IMG/VR virus record: IMGVR_UViG_3300050132_000403
Location: 1-54,688 of that record
Direction: 5' to 3' (one strand)
DNA: 54,688 nucleotides
Origin: a virus
Taxonomy: Duplodnaviria; Caudoviricetes
Positions 36,648 through 46,307 of this stretch are shown piece by piece (position 1 is the first letter of the stretch; every line of letters begins with the position of its first letter). A model generated the notes under the pieces. That model saw nothing but the letters and a program-made list of their open reading frames with translations. It had not been told where the DNA came from and ran no database searches. A program made the translations under genes and the position numbers.

Positions 36648-39600
36648 TTATCTATTTATAAACTCAGTATTTGCATACTGTATCTGTTGTTTACGTAAAA
36701 AGAATCCAAATATATCTCTATCAACCTTAAAGTTTTGTAAAAGTTTTGTTTCATCAGGTACATTCTGAGTAGAGTATGTATTTTGAGTAATTTGTTGAGG
36801 TTGTCCATTTTGATCTGATGACCCTTGATTTGTACCTTTATAATCAAAGTGATTATTATCAGTTCCCCCAGAAAATGTCCCACCCCACCTTAAACCTAAT
36901 GAGGTTGCTATATTTATAATACCACTTATCTCCCAGTCAGATTTTGGTGATAACTGGTGTAAAGTTATATTTGTAAGAATATTTTTAAAATTTACATCAA
37001 GGGCCATTCCTATAACATGAGGTGCATTTGTAGATGGAACTTTAAAATTATAAAGTGACTTATTTTTATTATAAGCAACCAATTGAGCTTTATAACTTCT
37101 TAGACCATCTTGAATATCAGGAGTATAACCAGCTTGTTGTGCTTGTAGTAAAAATGAGGTAAAAATAGGTTGAACAGAAACAGCTAAGTTTTTTATATAC
37201 CCTAAACTACGACCTGATAAAATTTTTGAATTAAGTATTTTTTGTGACCCTAAATTGGTACCTAATACTATTGGGTTAAAAATTTGTTGTAGAGTATCTC
37301 CTGTTCCACTATCTTCAGTTTGTGGGGGAACGTAATTTGGATTATCAATTGTTTTTGGTGTAGTTACAACAATTGGTTTTGTTAAATTAAAATTAAGATC
37401 TGTATTGATAATATTAAAATAACTTACTTTTTTTGTAATAGTTGGAGAGAACTGTATATCTATCCCATATATCAGTTGTTCAATCATTCCCCTACTTACT
37501 TGTACTGTTGTGGTTCTATCAATTTTTCCTTCATTTATCATATAGGACTGTGAAACTGCATCAACTAAAAATATTTCACCAGTTGCCTCATATCTTATCA
37601 AATTTCCCCTTTTTATTCGTCTGTCCCCATTCAGTACTAATGTTCCTTTTCTTGTAAAAGGTAAATGTGCATGAGATTCTACCAAATATGCAAGATCTAT
37701 ATAGAGTTGTTTTATCTCAGTACTTATCTTCTGATTATTATTATCAAGTGGTAAGTATGGTATATAATTTGAAACTGCCTCATAAGGTCTTGACCCCCAA
37801 ATTTCTGCATACTCAGGTAAATAAATTGCAGGTAAATAAGCTGTTGCTGTTTGTGTAGCTCCAGCACTTAATGCAGCTTGTGGTAAAAGGTGGTACCATG
37901 AGTAAACTTCTGTATCATCAAAAGATAGTGATTCTTGAAGTACATTATGCTCATTAATAGTTATTGTTGCACCCGTTACTGAACTTACTGATTGTGTTTT
38001 TATTTTACCATTAAGAAGTGTTTTCACTCCTTCTGCATTATAAGGTGGCCTCCTGATTGTTAGTATAAATTTATCAGAATAAGTATCTGAAAAATATTCT
38101 ACAAAAGGGTCTTGACAAGCTTTCTTGAAAAAATTTAAAAGGCTTCCTTGAGAAGAACTTATTGAACTATCAACTAATCGTCTAGAAGAAACTGAACTAT
38201 CAATTACTAGATCAATTATTTGCCATATTCCTGTTGATAGTTTTTCTACAGGAATTTCATTAAAATCAGAAGACTTTTGAGAGTCTATAACGTTATCAAT
38301 ATAACTGATTAGTTGAGAAACAGAACTTGAAAAATATGTAGATCCGTTAATTGGTCGTGTAAACTGATTAGGAAATACGTTAAAATCTGTTGGGAATTGA
38401 TTAGTTTGTAAGTTTGTAGAATTATAAAAAACTGATTTCCAACCAACTGTTGTATTACCTGTTACCTGTCTTGAAATATTTTTTTGATTATCAGGTACTC
38501 TTAAAAATGAAAGAAAATCATAGAGAAGATTATAGATTGTATTTATTTCAGCACCTTCACCATCTTGATTAACAACATTTTGTCCTGTATCCATATACTG
38601 GTATCCATATAGTTTTCTTAGTCTACCAAGTTCACTTTTTGCCTTTGTTATATAACCATCAATTATTGACTGTTTTTGTTGTTTTTCTGATTGAGATTGA
38701 GTAGGAGGTTGATATTGGTAGTTCCGCCTGTCATTATCATGTTTCTTGTGTAAAGTTGAGAGTCCTGGTCCACCTCCAAATCCTGTACCTACTTGACTAA
38801 ATGTAAGTTCACTATTAGTATCAACATAAGATGTAAATAAATCATCAGGTACTACACCAATAGTGGAAATTTGTTGGATAACAAATTTAAAAACGTTCTC
38901 AATTGAGTTACAATAAAACAGATTTTGAAACATCTGTACATTATCAAAAAAGAGGCGCTGTGTTAGTACATTTTTTGCCTGTGAACCTCCTGCAAAATTT
39001 GCTTTTCCTTGTGATAATTCAAGTGCATAAAAATATGATCCATCATCTATAAAAAGTTTTGAAAGATCTCTTCCTGATACTTGTATTCCTACATCATTTG
39101 TTTCTGGATTATATGAGAATGAATTGGAGTCAATAAGACCTATCATATCATATATACGACCTCCAAGATTATTTTTGTTCAAAAAGAAATTAGTTGCATC
39201 ACTATACCTTTGTTGTGACTCCATATTAAGTGTCTCAAACCGTATGAAGACCAGGTCATTAGTTGAAAGTATGTTATGGAATAAAAATTGGTTACGCTCA
39301 AGATTATGAGTAGAAGTATTAATTTTTGAGAAAGATTCTTGAGATAAATATTCATTATTACCAGTTACCTTGGAAATAGCACTTTTTATTGAATTTTTTT
39401 TAACTACCCAACTACCTTTTTCAAATTCACAAACAAGTGGTGGTAATGTTATATCAAAATTCCCTCCATTTTTCCCAACCGATGTTTGAGACCTAATAAT
39501 GAAGGGGCTGAGGTCAAATATTTGCCCCTTTAAATTATTTATAAAAGACCCGTCTGTTTGAGGTATCGGATTATTTTCTGAAAGTGCCCGACACCAAACC

Positions 39601-40067
39601 CATATTGTTATGTTTGGGTAATACTGTTTTGTAACTCCATTTGAAACAGAACTTGGTATTGGTCCATCTGCATGGTTATACCCTCTATCACTTTCAAGTT
39701 TTGCAAGTTCAAATGCTTTAAAAGTTGCCTCATCAGTTGAGGTAATCTGAAGTCCTTGGTTTACTATTCCATATCTGTTTACTTTGTCTTGAGGTATGAC
39801 AAATTTCACTCCAGGTTTAAGTTTTAAAATAAGTGGAGAAGTAACTGAAGTAATAGAACTTAATTCTGAAGCAGTATAAGATGAAAGTATCCTATCTTTA
39901 TTAGTAATTTTATCATCTGTCCAACTTAAAAAATCATTTGCAAAAGAATAAAGAACAGTAGGATTATAATTATCACTAGGTAACTGAATAGGACAAAGAT
40001 CTGAAGTTAAGTAATCACTTACAGTTTTTAATTCAGAAGAAGAGAAAGTAACAATATAAAAATCCAT
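36648..40067 (-). CDS. Baseplate hub-like protein with a C-terminal M15 peptidoglycan peptidase domain
   Basis: Follows the tape measure. QVSGRDLSKLF, GTLVLNGDRRIKRG; M15 motifs DGLRS...PH..GMALDV...GLRWGGTF...DNNHF. Confidence 0.75.
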   Translation of the reverse strand: MDFYIVTFSSSELKTVSDYLTSDLCPIQLPSDNYNPTVLYSFANDFLSWTDDKITNKDRILSSYTASELSSITSVTSPLILKLKPGVKFVIPQDKVNRYGIVNQGLQITSTDEATFKAFELAKLESDRGYNHADGPIPSSVSNGVTKQYYPNITIWVWCRALSENNPIPQTDGSFINNLKGQIFDLSPFIIRSQTSVGKNGGNFDITLPPLVCEFEKGSWVVKKNSIKSAISKVTGNNEYLSQESFSKINTSTHNLERNQFLFHNILSTNDLVFIRFETLNMESQQRYSDATNFFLNKNNLGGRIYDMIGLIDSNSFSYNPETNDVGIQVSGRDLSKLFIDDGSYFYALELSQGKANFAGGSQAKNVLTQRLFFDNVQMFQNLFYCNSIENVFKFVIQQISTIGVVPDDLFTSYVDTNSELTFSQVGTGFGGGPGLSTLHKKHDNDRRNYQYQPPTQSQSEKQQKQSIIDGYITKAKSELGRLRKLYGYQYMDTGQNVVNQDGEGAEINTIYNLLYDFLSFLRVPDNQKNISRQVTGNTTVGWKSVFYNSTNLQTNQFPTDFNVFPNQFTRPINGSTYFSSSVSQLISYIDNVIDSQKSSDFNEIPVEKLSTGIWQIIDLVIDSSVSSRRLVDSSISSSQGSLLNFFKKACQDPFVEYFSDTYSDKFILTIRRPPYNAEGVKTLLNGKIKTQSVSSVTGATITINEHNVLQESLSFDDTEVYSWYHLLPQAALSAGATQTATAYLPAIYLPEYAEIWGSRPYEAVSNYIPYLPLDNNNQKISTEIKQLYIDLAYLVESHAHLPFTRKGTLVLNGDRRIKRGNLIRYEATGEIFLVDAVSQSYMINEGKIDRTTTVQVSRGMIEQLIYGIDIQFSPTITKKVSYFNIINTDLNFNLTKPIVVTTPKTIDNPNYVPPQTEDSGTGDTLQQIFNPIVLGTNLGSQKILNSKILSGRSLGYIKNLAVSVQPIFTSFLLQAQQAGYTPDIQDGLRSYKAQLVAYNKNKSLYNFKVPSTNAPHVIGMALDVNFKNILTNITLHQLSPKSDWEISGIINIATSLGLRWGGTFSGGTDNNHFDYKGTNQGSSDQNGQPQQITQNTYSTQNVPDETKLLQNFKVDRDIFGFFLRKQQIQYANTEFINR

Positions 40068-42122
40068 TTAATTACCTCCTTGACTTACTTGTCTCCTCCA
40101 CTCTCTTTCTGTTGGTCTACCATCAGAAGTATGAGTTATATTTTCTTTAATACCAACCATAGCTTTACCATTTACAACTGTAACATTAATACTACCTAAT
40201 GCTTCTTCAATCACTTTCCCGGCTACTTTAGAACCTTTTATAAAACCTTGTAGTACACCTTCTGTTACTTGTGCAGTTGCTTTATCTATTTCATTGGTAA
40301 AGTTTTCTGCATTTTTTTCAAGATATCCATCAGTCATTCCTGATTTTAGATCTTTCTGTGAAAGATTCTTAAAATTTACACCACCTTCTAATAGCCTTCT
40401 TGCTTCAAACGCTTTTACATTTAACCTACCTGACAAGTTTAATATTTGGTAAGCTTTATCACCACCTATATTTTTAACATCATCTATAACACCCTGAAAA
40501 TATCCTGAAGACCCAAAACCTTTGTCTTGTTCTTCTTTTAGTTGTTCTATATTAAAATTAGGATGTAGTCTTCTTAAAACTTGAAAATTACGGGCTTTTG
40601 AAACATCATCTCCAGGGTTAGTTAATGAGTTATCTATCTGACTAATTAAACCCATTGACCTAAAATCTTTTGCTGCAAAAGGTCCTCCAAGTGAATTAAA
40701 TTTTAAAAGTGTGTCTAATGTTGTACCAGATGAAACTGAGGTTTGACCTTTCAATAATTCACGTTGTAACGTTGTATAGTTTTTCTGTAGAAATTCGTTA
40801 AAGAAGGTCCTATCACCATTTTTAAATAAGTTTCCTTGTCCTTCTTTTAAAATTCCCCCTAAAATGTTTCCTATATCCTTATCACCTTCTTTTGATGAAC
40901 GTAATAACTCCTCAAGTGTCTGTGCAGTTGATTGTTGTACTCCAAACCCCTTTTCATAAAAAACTGAAAGATCTGTTTGACGTTCTACATTTTGAGACGT
41001 ACCCATTGACCTAGCCATCCCCATTTGTAAATCAAGAGTTTGACCGAAATCATATCCTAAATTAGACCTTGACCCTACAGAATAATTTTGTCCTGTTAAT
41101 GCTTTTCTCCTATAATATTTATCCTCTAATTCTTGTGTCCCTATACTACCTTTTTGTTCTAAATCTCCTGCAGCACCAAATAAAGTTCCAACTATTGAAG
41201 AACCAGCATTTGCACCAATACCAGCAGCAGTTACTGCCCCTACTCCACCTGTTGCATACCCCCCTACTACTGCCCCTAAAACCGCCCCTACTACACCACC
41301 TATAATTTCACCTTCTGTTTTTCTTACATTTGCAATCTGGTCAAAACCATTTTTAGTATTACTAAACTGTGCAGCTGTCCCTACAAATTTTTCTGCCATT
41401 TGAAGAGCCATCATTCCAGAAACAAGTTCCCCTATTCCTCCACTTTTACTTTCAGGCCCTTCACGCTTCTTTTTATCTTCTATCTCACTTTGTGCAAGTT
41501 GTTCAGTTAATGTTCTTGATGGTGCTGATTCTCGTATCTCATCTGCAACATCTTTATCTCCTATTACAATTGCTTTTGCAAGGTCTTTGCCTGAGGTTCT
41601 TGTGAGGTCAATATTTTCACGGAAAGAAGTAGAAGTAAGTTTTGATGATTTTTCAATTTCTTTTAACGTTTTATACTCATCTGTGTCTTTAAAAGTTGAA
41701 GTTACTACATTACCTCTTTCTCTTGATAGTGAGGTACTTTCAAGATTTAACTCTGCAAGGTTTTTTTGAAAAGTAGGAAGATTTATTTCCTTATCATGAA
41801 GTGCTTTACCAAGTGCTTGGCGACTTTCCCTTATTTCCTCCTGTTCTGCATCAATCGCCGATAACCTTTTCTTTTTATTTTCATTAAAAATAGGGTTATT
41901 AGTAGAAGTAAAATCAGTTACATTTTGAGAAGCACCACGAGAAGCCTTATCAAGTAATTTTGCTTTTTCCTCAAGTAATTTAAGTTGTTCTTTTAGATTT
42001 TTAGAGTACTTTTGTGCCTGTTCAACTTCGTTGTCAAACATAGCTTTTGACTTCTGTTGAATTTTTTCTAGCGCTGTGTAAACTCCATCCGCTTTAACTG
42101 TAAAGTCAATAGTTTTTGACAT
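40068..42122 (-). CDS. Tape measure protein
   Basis: Coiled-coil N-terminus, Gly/Ala-rich hydrophobic segment, position after the tube and chaperones. Confidence 0.7.
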   Translation of the reverse strand: MSKTIDFTVKADGVYTALEKIQQKSKAMFDNEVEQAQKYSKNLKEQLKLLEEKAKLLDKASRGASQNVTDFTSTNNPIFNENKKKRLSAIDAEQEEIRESRQALGKALHDKEINLPTFQKNLAELNLESTSLSRERGNVVTSTFKDTDEYKTLKEIEKSSKLTSTSFRENIDLTRTSGKDLAKAIVIGDKDVADEIRESAPSRTLTEQLAQSEIEDKKKREGPESKSGGIGELVSGMMALQMAEKFVGTAAQFSNTKNGFDQIANVRKTEGEIIGGVVGAVLGAVVGGYATGGVGAVTAAGIGANAGSSIVGTLFGAAGDLEQKGSIGTQELEDKYYRRKALTGQNYSVGSRSNLGYDFGQTLDLQMGMARSMGTSQNVERQTDLSVFYEKGFGVQQSTAQTLEELLRSSKEGDKDIGNILGGILKEGQGNLFKNGDRTFFNEFLQKNYTTLQRELLKGQTSVSSGTTLDTLLKFNSLGGPFAAKDFRSMGLISQIDNSLTNPGDDVSKARNFQVLRRLHPNFNIEQLKEEQDKGFGSSGYFQGVIDDVKNIGGDKAYQILNLSGRLNVKAFEARRLLEGGVNFKNLSQKDLKSGMTDGYLEKNAENFTNEIDKATAQVTEGVLQGFIKGSKVAGKVIEEALGSINVTVVNGKAMVGIKENITHTSDGRPTEREWRRQVSQGGN

Positions 42123-42445
42123 TATTCTATATTAATACCACTGTTTACAAATGAAAAATCCGCTTTCTTAAACAATTCTTCTATATTACTATCATCAACT
42201 ATTTGTTCTTTCATAATATTTCCCTTTTTAAATTCAGCTTCTTCAAGTTTTTTAATTTTTTGGTCCTCATAATACGCCTCAAATGTTATGAATTCTATAT
42301 ACTCAAAATAAATATCTACTTGAGAAGTACCTCTATGTTCAGGACTGTTAAAAGCAATATTATGTTTTTCTCTCCACCATTTATCAGCTGGGAAAGTATT
42401 ATTCCACCAAATTACAAGGCTCTTAAAATTTTTATGGTAGAGCAC
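42122..42445 (-). CDS. Tail assembly chaperone (distal gene)
   Basis: WWNNTFPADKWWREKHNIAFNSPEHR; directly precedes the tape measure. Confidence 0.55.
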   Translation of the reverse strand: MLYHKNFKSLVIWWNNTFPADKWWREKHNIAFNSPEHRGTSQVDIYFEYIEFITFEAYYEDQKIKKLEEAEFKKGNIMKEQIVDDSNIEELFKKADFSFVNSGINIE

Positions 42446-42448
42446 ACT

Positions 42449-42826
42449 TTACTCCCCCTCACCTAATCCTGTCAATAAAGTAAGCCATTCGTTATACCAA
42501 GGTAAAAATTTATCCTTAAATTCCTTAACAAGTGGTATAGAATCAGTCATTGATAGATTAAGTATAGAATCTGTATTCAGATCCTCAATTATCTTAGGCA
42601 CAAGGACATTAAAAGTTGCAACTGTATCAATGTAGTATCTTGCCCACTGTGCGGAGATTGTTGAGCCAAATAGGTTTTTATAGGATCCTCCTGATAAATT
42701 ACTTTTCAATAATTCGATGTCTATAAATTGTCCACTGTTTGGAAATTTTATAGTGTACTTGTGATCTTTAAATACAATTTCAAGTTCTGATTGAGGCAAC
42801 TGTTTTTCAGTTTCTTTTTTTGACAT
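42449..42826 (-). CDS. Tail assembly chaperone (proximal gene)
   Basis: Start moved to MSKKETEK (ATG 42826), since the longer track ORF runs through a terminator and promoter; YTIKFPNSGQFIDIE. Confidence 0.6.
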   Translation of the reverse strand: MSKKETEKQLPQSELEIVFKDHKYTIKFPNSGQFIDIELLKSNLSGGSYKNLFGSTISAQWARYYIDTVATFNVLVPKIIEDLNTDSILNLSMTDSIPLVKEFKDKFLPWYNEWLTLLTGLGEGE

Positions 42827-42878
42827 TTTATCGGTTTTTTGTGAAATGTAAAAATAAGAAAAGAAAAGTTTAGAAAAC

Positions 42879-42914
42879 AAAAAACCCAACTACCTGGTTA
42901 AAGGTAATTGAGTT
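42879..42914 (-). terminator. Intrinsic terminator
   Basis: Minus strand AACTCAATTACC-TTTAACCA-GGTAGTTGGGTT followed by a U run. Confidence 0.7.
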
Positions 42915-42934
42915 AACAAAAAAGAAAAAAGATT

Positions 42935-43239
42935 TTATCGAGTTAGTAGTTCAAGTCCTATTAATAATGCGTCTTCAAGTGCTTCCTCGTAAGTATGGAA
43001 ATAAGTTGAATCTTCTGTACATTCTTCATCTGTAAATAAACCACTGAAAATATCGGATTTATAAGAATTTATTTGGTTTTCATCTTTATCAAAATCTGGT
43101 TCATAGATAATGTTTATTTGAGTATTATTATCTCTTAAAAATTTTTGAACAGACGATTGAGTAGGAAAAATTGAGGTACTTATATTTGATACTTTTACTA
43201 ATAAATAGTAGGCTTTTTCTGAGATTTCTTGATCTTCAT
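42935..43239 (-). pseudogene. About 100-aa hypothetical gene whose ATG is one base out of frame
   Basis: Open frame DQEISEKAYYLL...PTQSSVQKFLRD...TYEEALEDALLIGLELLTR* has no in-frame start; ATG to stop spans 305 nt. Confidence 0.55.
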
Positions 43240-43256
43240 TTTTAAATTAATAATTT

Positions 43257-43463
43257 TTAATAAAAACGTCCATCATTATCAGAACCATCTGAATACTCAT
43301 CATAGATATCAGGGTAACCAATTTTTTCTCCTTCAATATCAAAATAAGAATCCATTTCATGGTCATAAAATGCAACTATAAACAGATTTGGGTATTCGTT
43401 ATCCTGTACCCTAACACCCTTTTTAACTCTTTCCAAGTGTGTTTGTTTTAATAAATTTTCCAT
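43257..43463 (-). CDS. Small acidic hypothetical protein
   Basis: 68 aa with its own promoter-like motif. Confidence 0.55.
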   Translation of the reverse strand: MENLLKQTHLERVKKGVRVQDNEYPNLFIVAFYDHEMDSYFDIEGEKIGYPDIYDEYSDGSDNDGRFY

Positions 43464-43556
43464 TTTCTTTTTCTTTTGTTATGTAAATATAACAATTAGT
43501 TTTGAGCTTTTAAAATTTATTTGAAAATAGTTTAAAAAATTTTGAGAAAATTATAT

Positions 43557-43588
43557 AAAAAAATCGGATACTTTTTTAAGGTATCCGA
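43557..43588 (-). terminator. Intrinsic terminator after the tail tube gene
   Basis: Minus strand TCGGATAC-CTTAAAAAA-GTATCCGA-TTTTTTT. Confidence 0.75.
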
Positions 43589-43628
43589 CCAAACAAACCA
43601 TGAAAACAAAAGAAAAAGATTTTTAAAA

Positions 43629-44138
43629 TTATTTTGAGTAAGTTATAGGTGTTAGGTATCTAAATGACTGTGAACGGCCTGAAATTGAGCCTTCTGATAT
43701 ATCTAAACTATCACTTTCTATAAAACAATTGCGTGCGGTGCAAATTGGTGCAACTTTTGGGGTAATAACTCCAGTTACGGGGTCGATGAGGTCTTGTACC
43801 CTTTTATAGACTGAAAAATCAAATCCCAGAGTGGATAATGTAAGCTGGTCCTCAAAAGAAGTTCCACCTGTTAATGCCTGTGATGCAACATTATTAAAAT
43901 TCCTATCTATTGACTCTGGGAATGCATCATTCTGGAAGTCTATTAAGTAATAATCACAAGATAAAGTTCCAGAAAATGAAGTTACTGCAAGTTCAGAAAG
44001 TAGGATTGTACCTAACCCTTGAACTGGCTGGCGAGAGTACTGCTCACTTATGCGGACATTTTTCGCTAACCCGACCGCACGTCCAGAAACTTTTATGAGG
44101 GCGATGGCGCCAGTAGTTACACTATTTGGTGTTGACAT
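43629..44138 (-). CDS. Tail tube protein
   Basis: 169 aa after the sheath; NSVTTGA...VGLAKNVRISEQYSRQPVQGLG...SFRYL. Confidence 0.82.
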   Translation of the reverse strand: MSTPNSVTTGAIALIKVSGRAVGLAKNVRISEQYSRQPVQGLGTILLSELAVTSFSGTLSCDYYLIDFQNDAFPESIDRNFNNVASQALTGGTSFEDQLTLSTLGFDFSVYKRVQDLIDPVTGVITPKVAPICTARNCFIESDSLDISEGSISGRSQSFRYLTPITYSK

Positions 44139-44176
44139 TTTTTATATTTTGAAGTTGTTTTATTTTCGGTTTATTA

Positions 44177-46129
44177 TTATTCTACTAAAGTCCCTGTAGA
44201 AATTATATAGTCGACCTCAAAATCGGGAGTAAAGTCATAAGACAAATAATATGCAGTCCCTTGTAAGGATGCTTGAATATTTGCATACGACTGTATCAAA
44301 CCTGGTTTTAATATTGAACTAACATTACTTGCTAAAAAGGAGGTTGCTGCATCAATTAGATCAACTGAACTTACTGTTGCTCTGTTTGGTCCTTGTGACT
44401 GGTCACTAAAGAATTTTTTCTTTAGATTGAGTACTAATGATTTATTTAAGTATGAACAAATTCTACGAATCTGAATCAAATATGAGGTCCCATTATCATT
44501 TACAGGATAACTATTTTCTTGTAACGTATTACAACCTAATACTACTGATATATAGCCTAAATCATAGTCAAACGCAGAAACCAGGACGCCTGCTGATAAT
44601 GCTTGTTCAACCTCTGAACCTACACCAAAGTCTGAAAGGTTATGAATTTCTGCGTTATAACCTAATTGTTTAAAGGTCACGGGATTTTGAGGCAAGAGTC
44701 CACATATTCTCCCTACCACATTTGCAGCCTTATATAACTGTGAGTATGTATAGTACCCAGAAGAAGTCTTTTTAGTTACTTTTACACCACCATGTACGAC
44801 TATAACATCCTGAGAATTAAAGGTTTGTGCTGCAAGTATTGAACTATTAGTACCTGTAAAGGTTGTTTTGTTATAACCACCTGCAACCACTAATTGTCTT
44901 TCTAATTTTGTAAAGTTAGTATTTATAAAATCAAGAATTGCAAAATTGTTTGCACTTGTTGCTGCTGATCCTGACTCAAGACTTAGAAAAAATTGGTTAT
45001 TTAGATTTGAGCAAGCATTCAGTGCATCTGTAAGGTCTTGAGAGTCGTAAGTTTCAGTACCTCCTGCAAATAAATTGTAACCGGCTACAGTTGTAAGGTC
45101 TGCGGTTGAAAAAGATCCTCCAACTGCTGTATTAACTACTGGAACAGTTGCAGATACTCCACCTGTGACTGTTGTTAGTGTAAAACTATTAGTAAGCGTA
45201 TTAAAATATTTATTTTCACCTGCAGCACTTGTACCGTAATATACATTATAAGAAACGGCACCAGGAATTACTGGGAAGGCAACTGCAATAGAACTTGTTG
45301 AACCAGATGCTACATAACTTGTTTCTGTACTTCCAGTAGTTTCTCCATTTTCATTTAATGCTGTTACTTTTATGTAATAAGTTGCAGCTCCAAGTGAACC
45401 ATTACTTCTACTTCCTGTTAATGTTACGCTTGGTACAGTTAATGAAGTAGTAGTTGAGGTAAGTGTGAAAAGGTCTAAGAATGAACTTGTTATATTTGCC
45501 CAAGAATTAAAATCTGCAATTGTCGCAAATTCTGGTGAGGTAACTATAACCTGTGGTACTGAATTTGCAGGAGAAGAAGAATAATCTACACCATTTGTAG
45601 AATCAAAACCACGGTAAGTACCTAAATACGCTGTTACTATAAATTTTGTTGGATCAACAACTCCCGCTGTTAATTTTACAGCATAACCATTAGTTAAATT
45701 TCCTGCATTTAATACTCCGTTTCCTACTGTTCCTTCATCAAGTACGGTAAAGACAAGTGTACCATTAGAAAGAGTAAGTGTTTTTGTTGCAGGTACTGTA
45801 GTGGCAGCCTTAATAAAATATATTAAGTTTACTCCTGGTTGGTTTTGGAATGGAGTCCAAAGTGGTTTTGTAAAGTTCCATAATTCTCCACCCTTTACAA
45901 AAGCAGCGTAATCAGAAGAAGTTTGTAGTTTATAGATTGAGTTTAATCCTTGAGATAATTGACCGTTAATACCTGATCCACCACCCCACCCTGTACCAAA
46001 ACCTGTATCAATTATACATAAGTTACCGTAAGGTAAGGCAGTTGAGGGATTTTTTACTCCTGATTTTATTAAACTGTAAACTCCTGGTTTTGAGATCAGG
46101 GTTCCATTTATATTAATTTTTTGTGCCAA
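44177..46129 (-). CDS. Contractile tail sheath protein
   Basis: KPGVYS start; GRICGL.PQ.PVTFK, ALSAGV, GCNTLQ, IQIRRI. Confidence 0.88.
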   Translation of the reverse strand: MAQKININGTLISKPGVYSLIKSGVKNPSTALPYGNLCIIDTGFGTGWGGGSGINGQLSQGLNSIYKLQTSSDYAAFVKGGELWNFTKPLWTPFQNQPGVNLIYFIKAATTVPATKTLTLSNGTLVFTVLDEGTVGNGVLNAGNLTNGYAVKLTAGVVDPTKFIVTAYLGTYRGFDSTNGVDYSSSPANSVPQVIVTSPEFATIADFNSWANITSSFLDLFTLTSTTTSLTVPSVTLTGSRSNGSLGAATYYIKVTALNENGETTGSTETSYVASGSTSSIAVAFPVIPGAVSYNVYYGTSAAGENKYFNTLTNSFTLTTVTGGVSATVPVVNTAVGGSFSTADLTTVAGYNLFAGGTETYDSQDLTDALNACSNLNNQFFLSLESGSAATSANNFAILDFINTNFTKLERQLVVAGGYNKTTFTGTNSSILAAQTFNSQDVIVVHGGVKVTKKTSSGYYTYSQLYKAANVVGRICGLLPQNPVTFKQLGYNAEIHNLSDFGVGSEVEQALSAGVLVSAFDYDLGYISVVLGCNTLQENSYPVNDNGTSYLIQIRRICSYLNKSLVLNLKKKFFSDQSQGPNRATVSSVDLIDAATSFLASNVSSILKPGLIQSYANIQASLQGTAYYLSYDFTPDFEVDYIISTGTLVE

Positions 46130-46307
46130 CTTTTCTTAGATTTTAATAATGATAAAATTATGAAAAGTTGATCTGGAAACCAAAACTACCCAAGTTAATT
46201 GAATTATTAAAGAAGTAAAGTTTTACGGTTAAATTTATAATTTGTTTCTTGTTAGTAGTTATGTAAATTTTGTTTTCTACATAACTTTTTGTAATTTTAA
46301 ATCTTAA

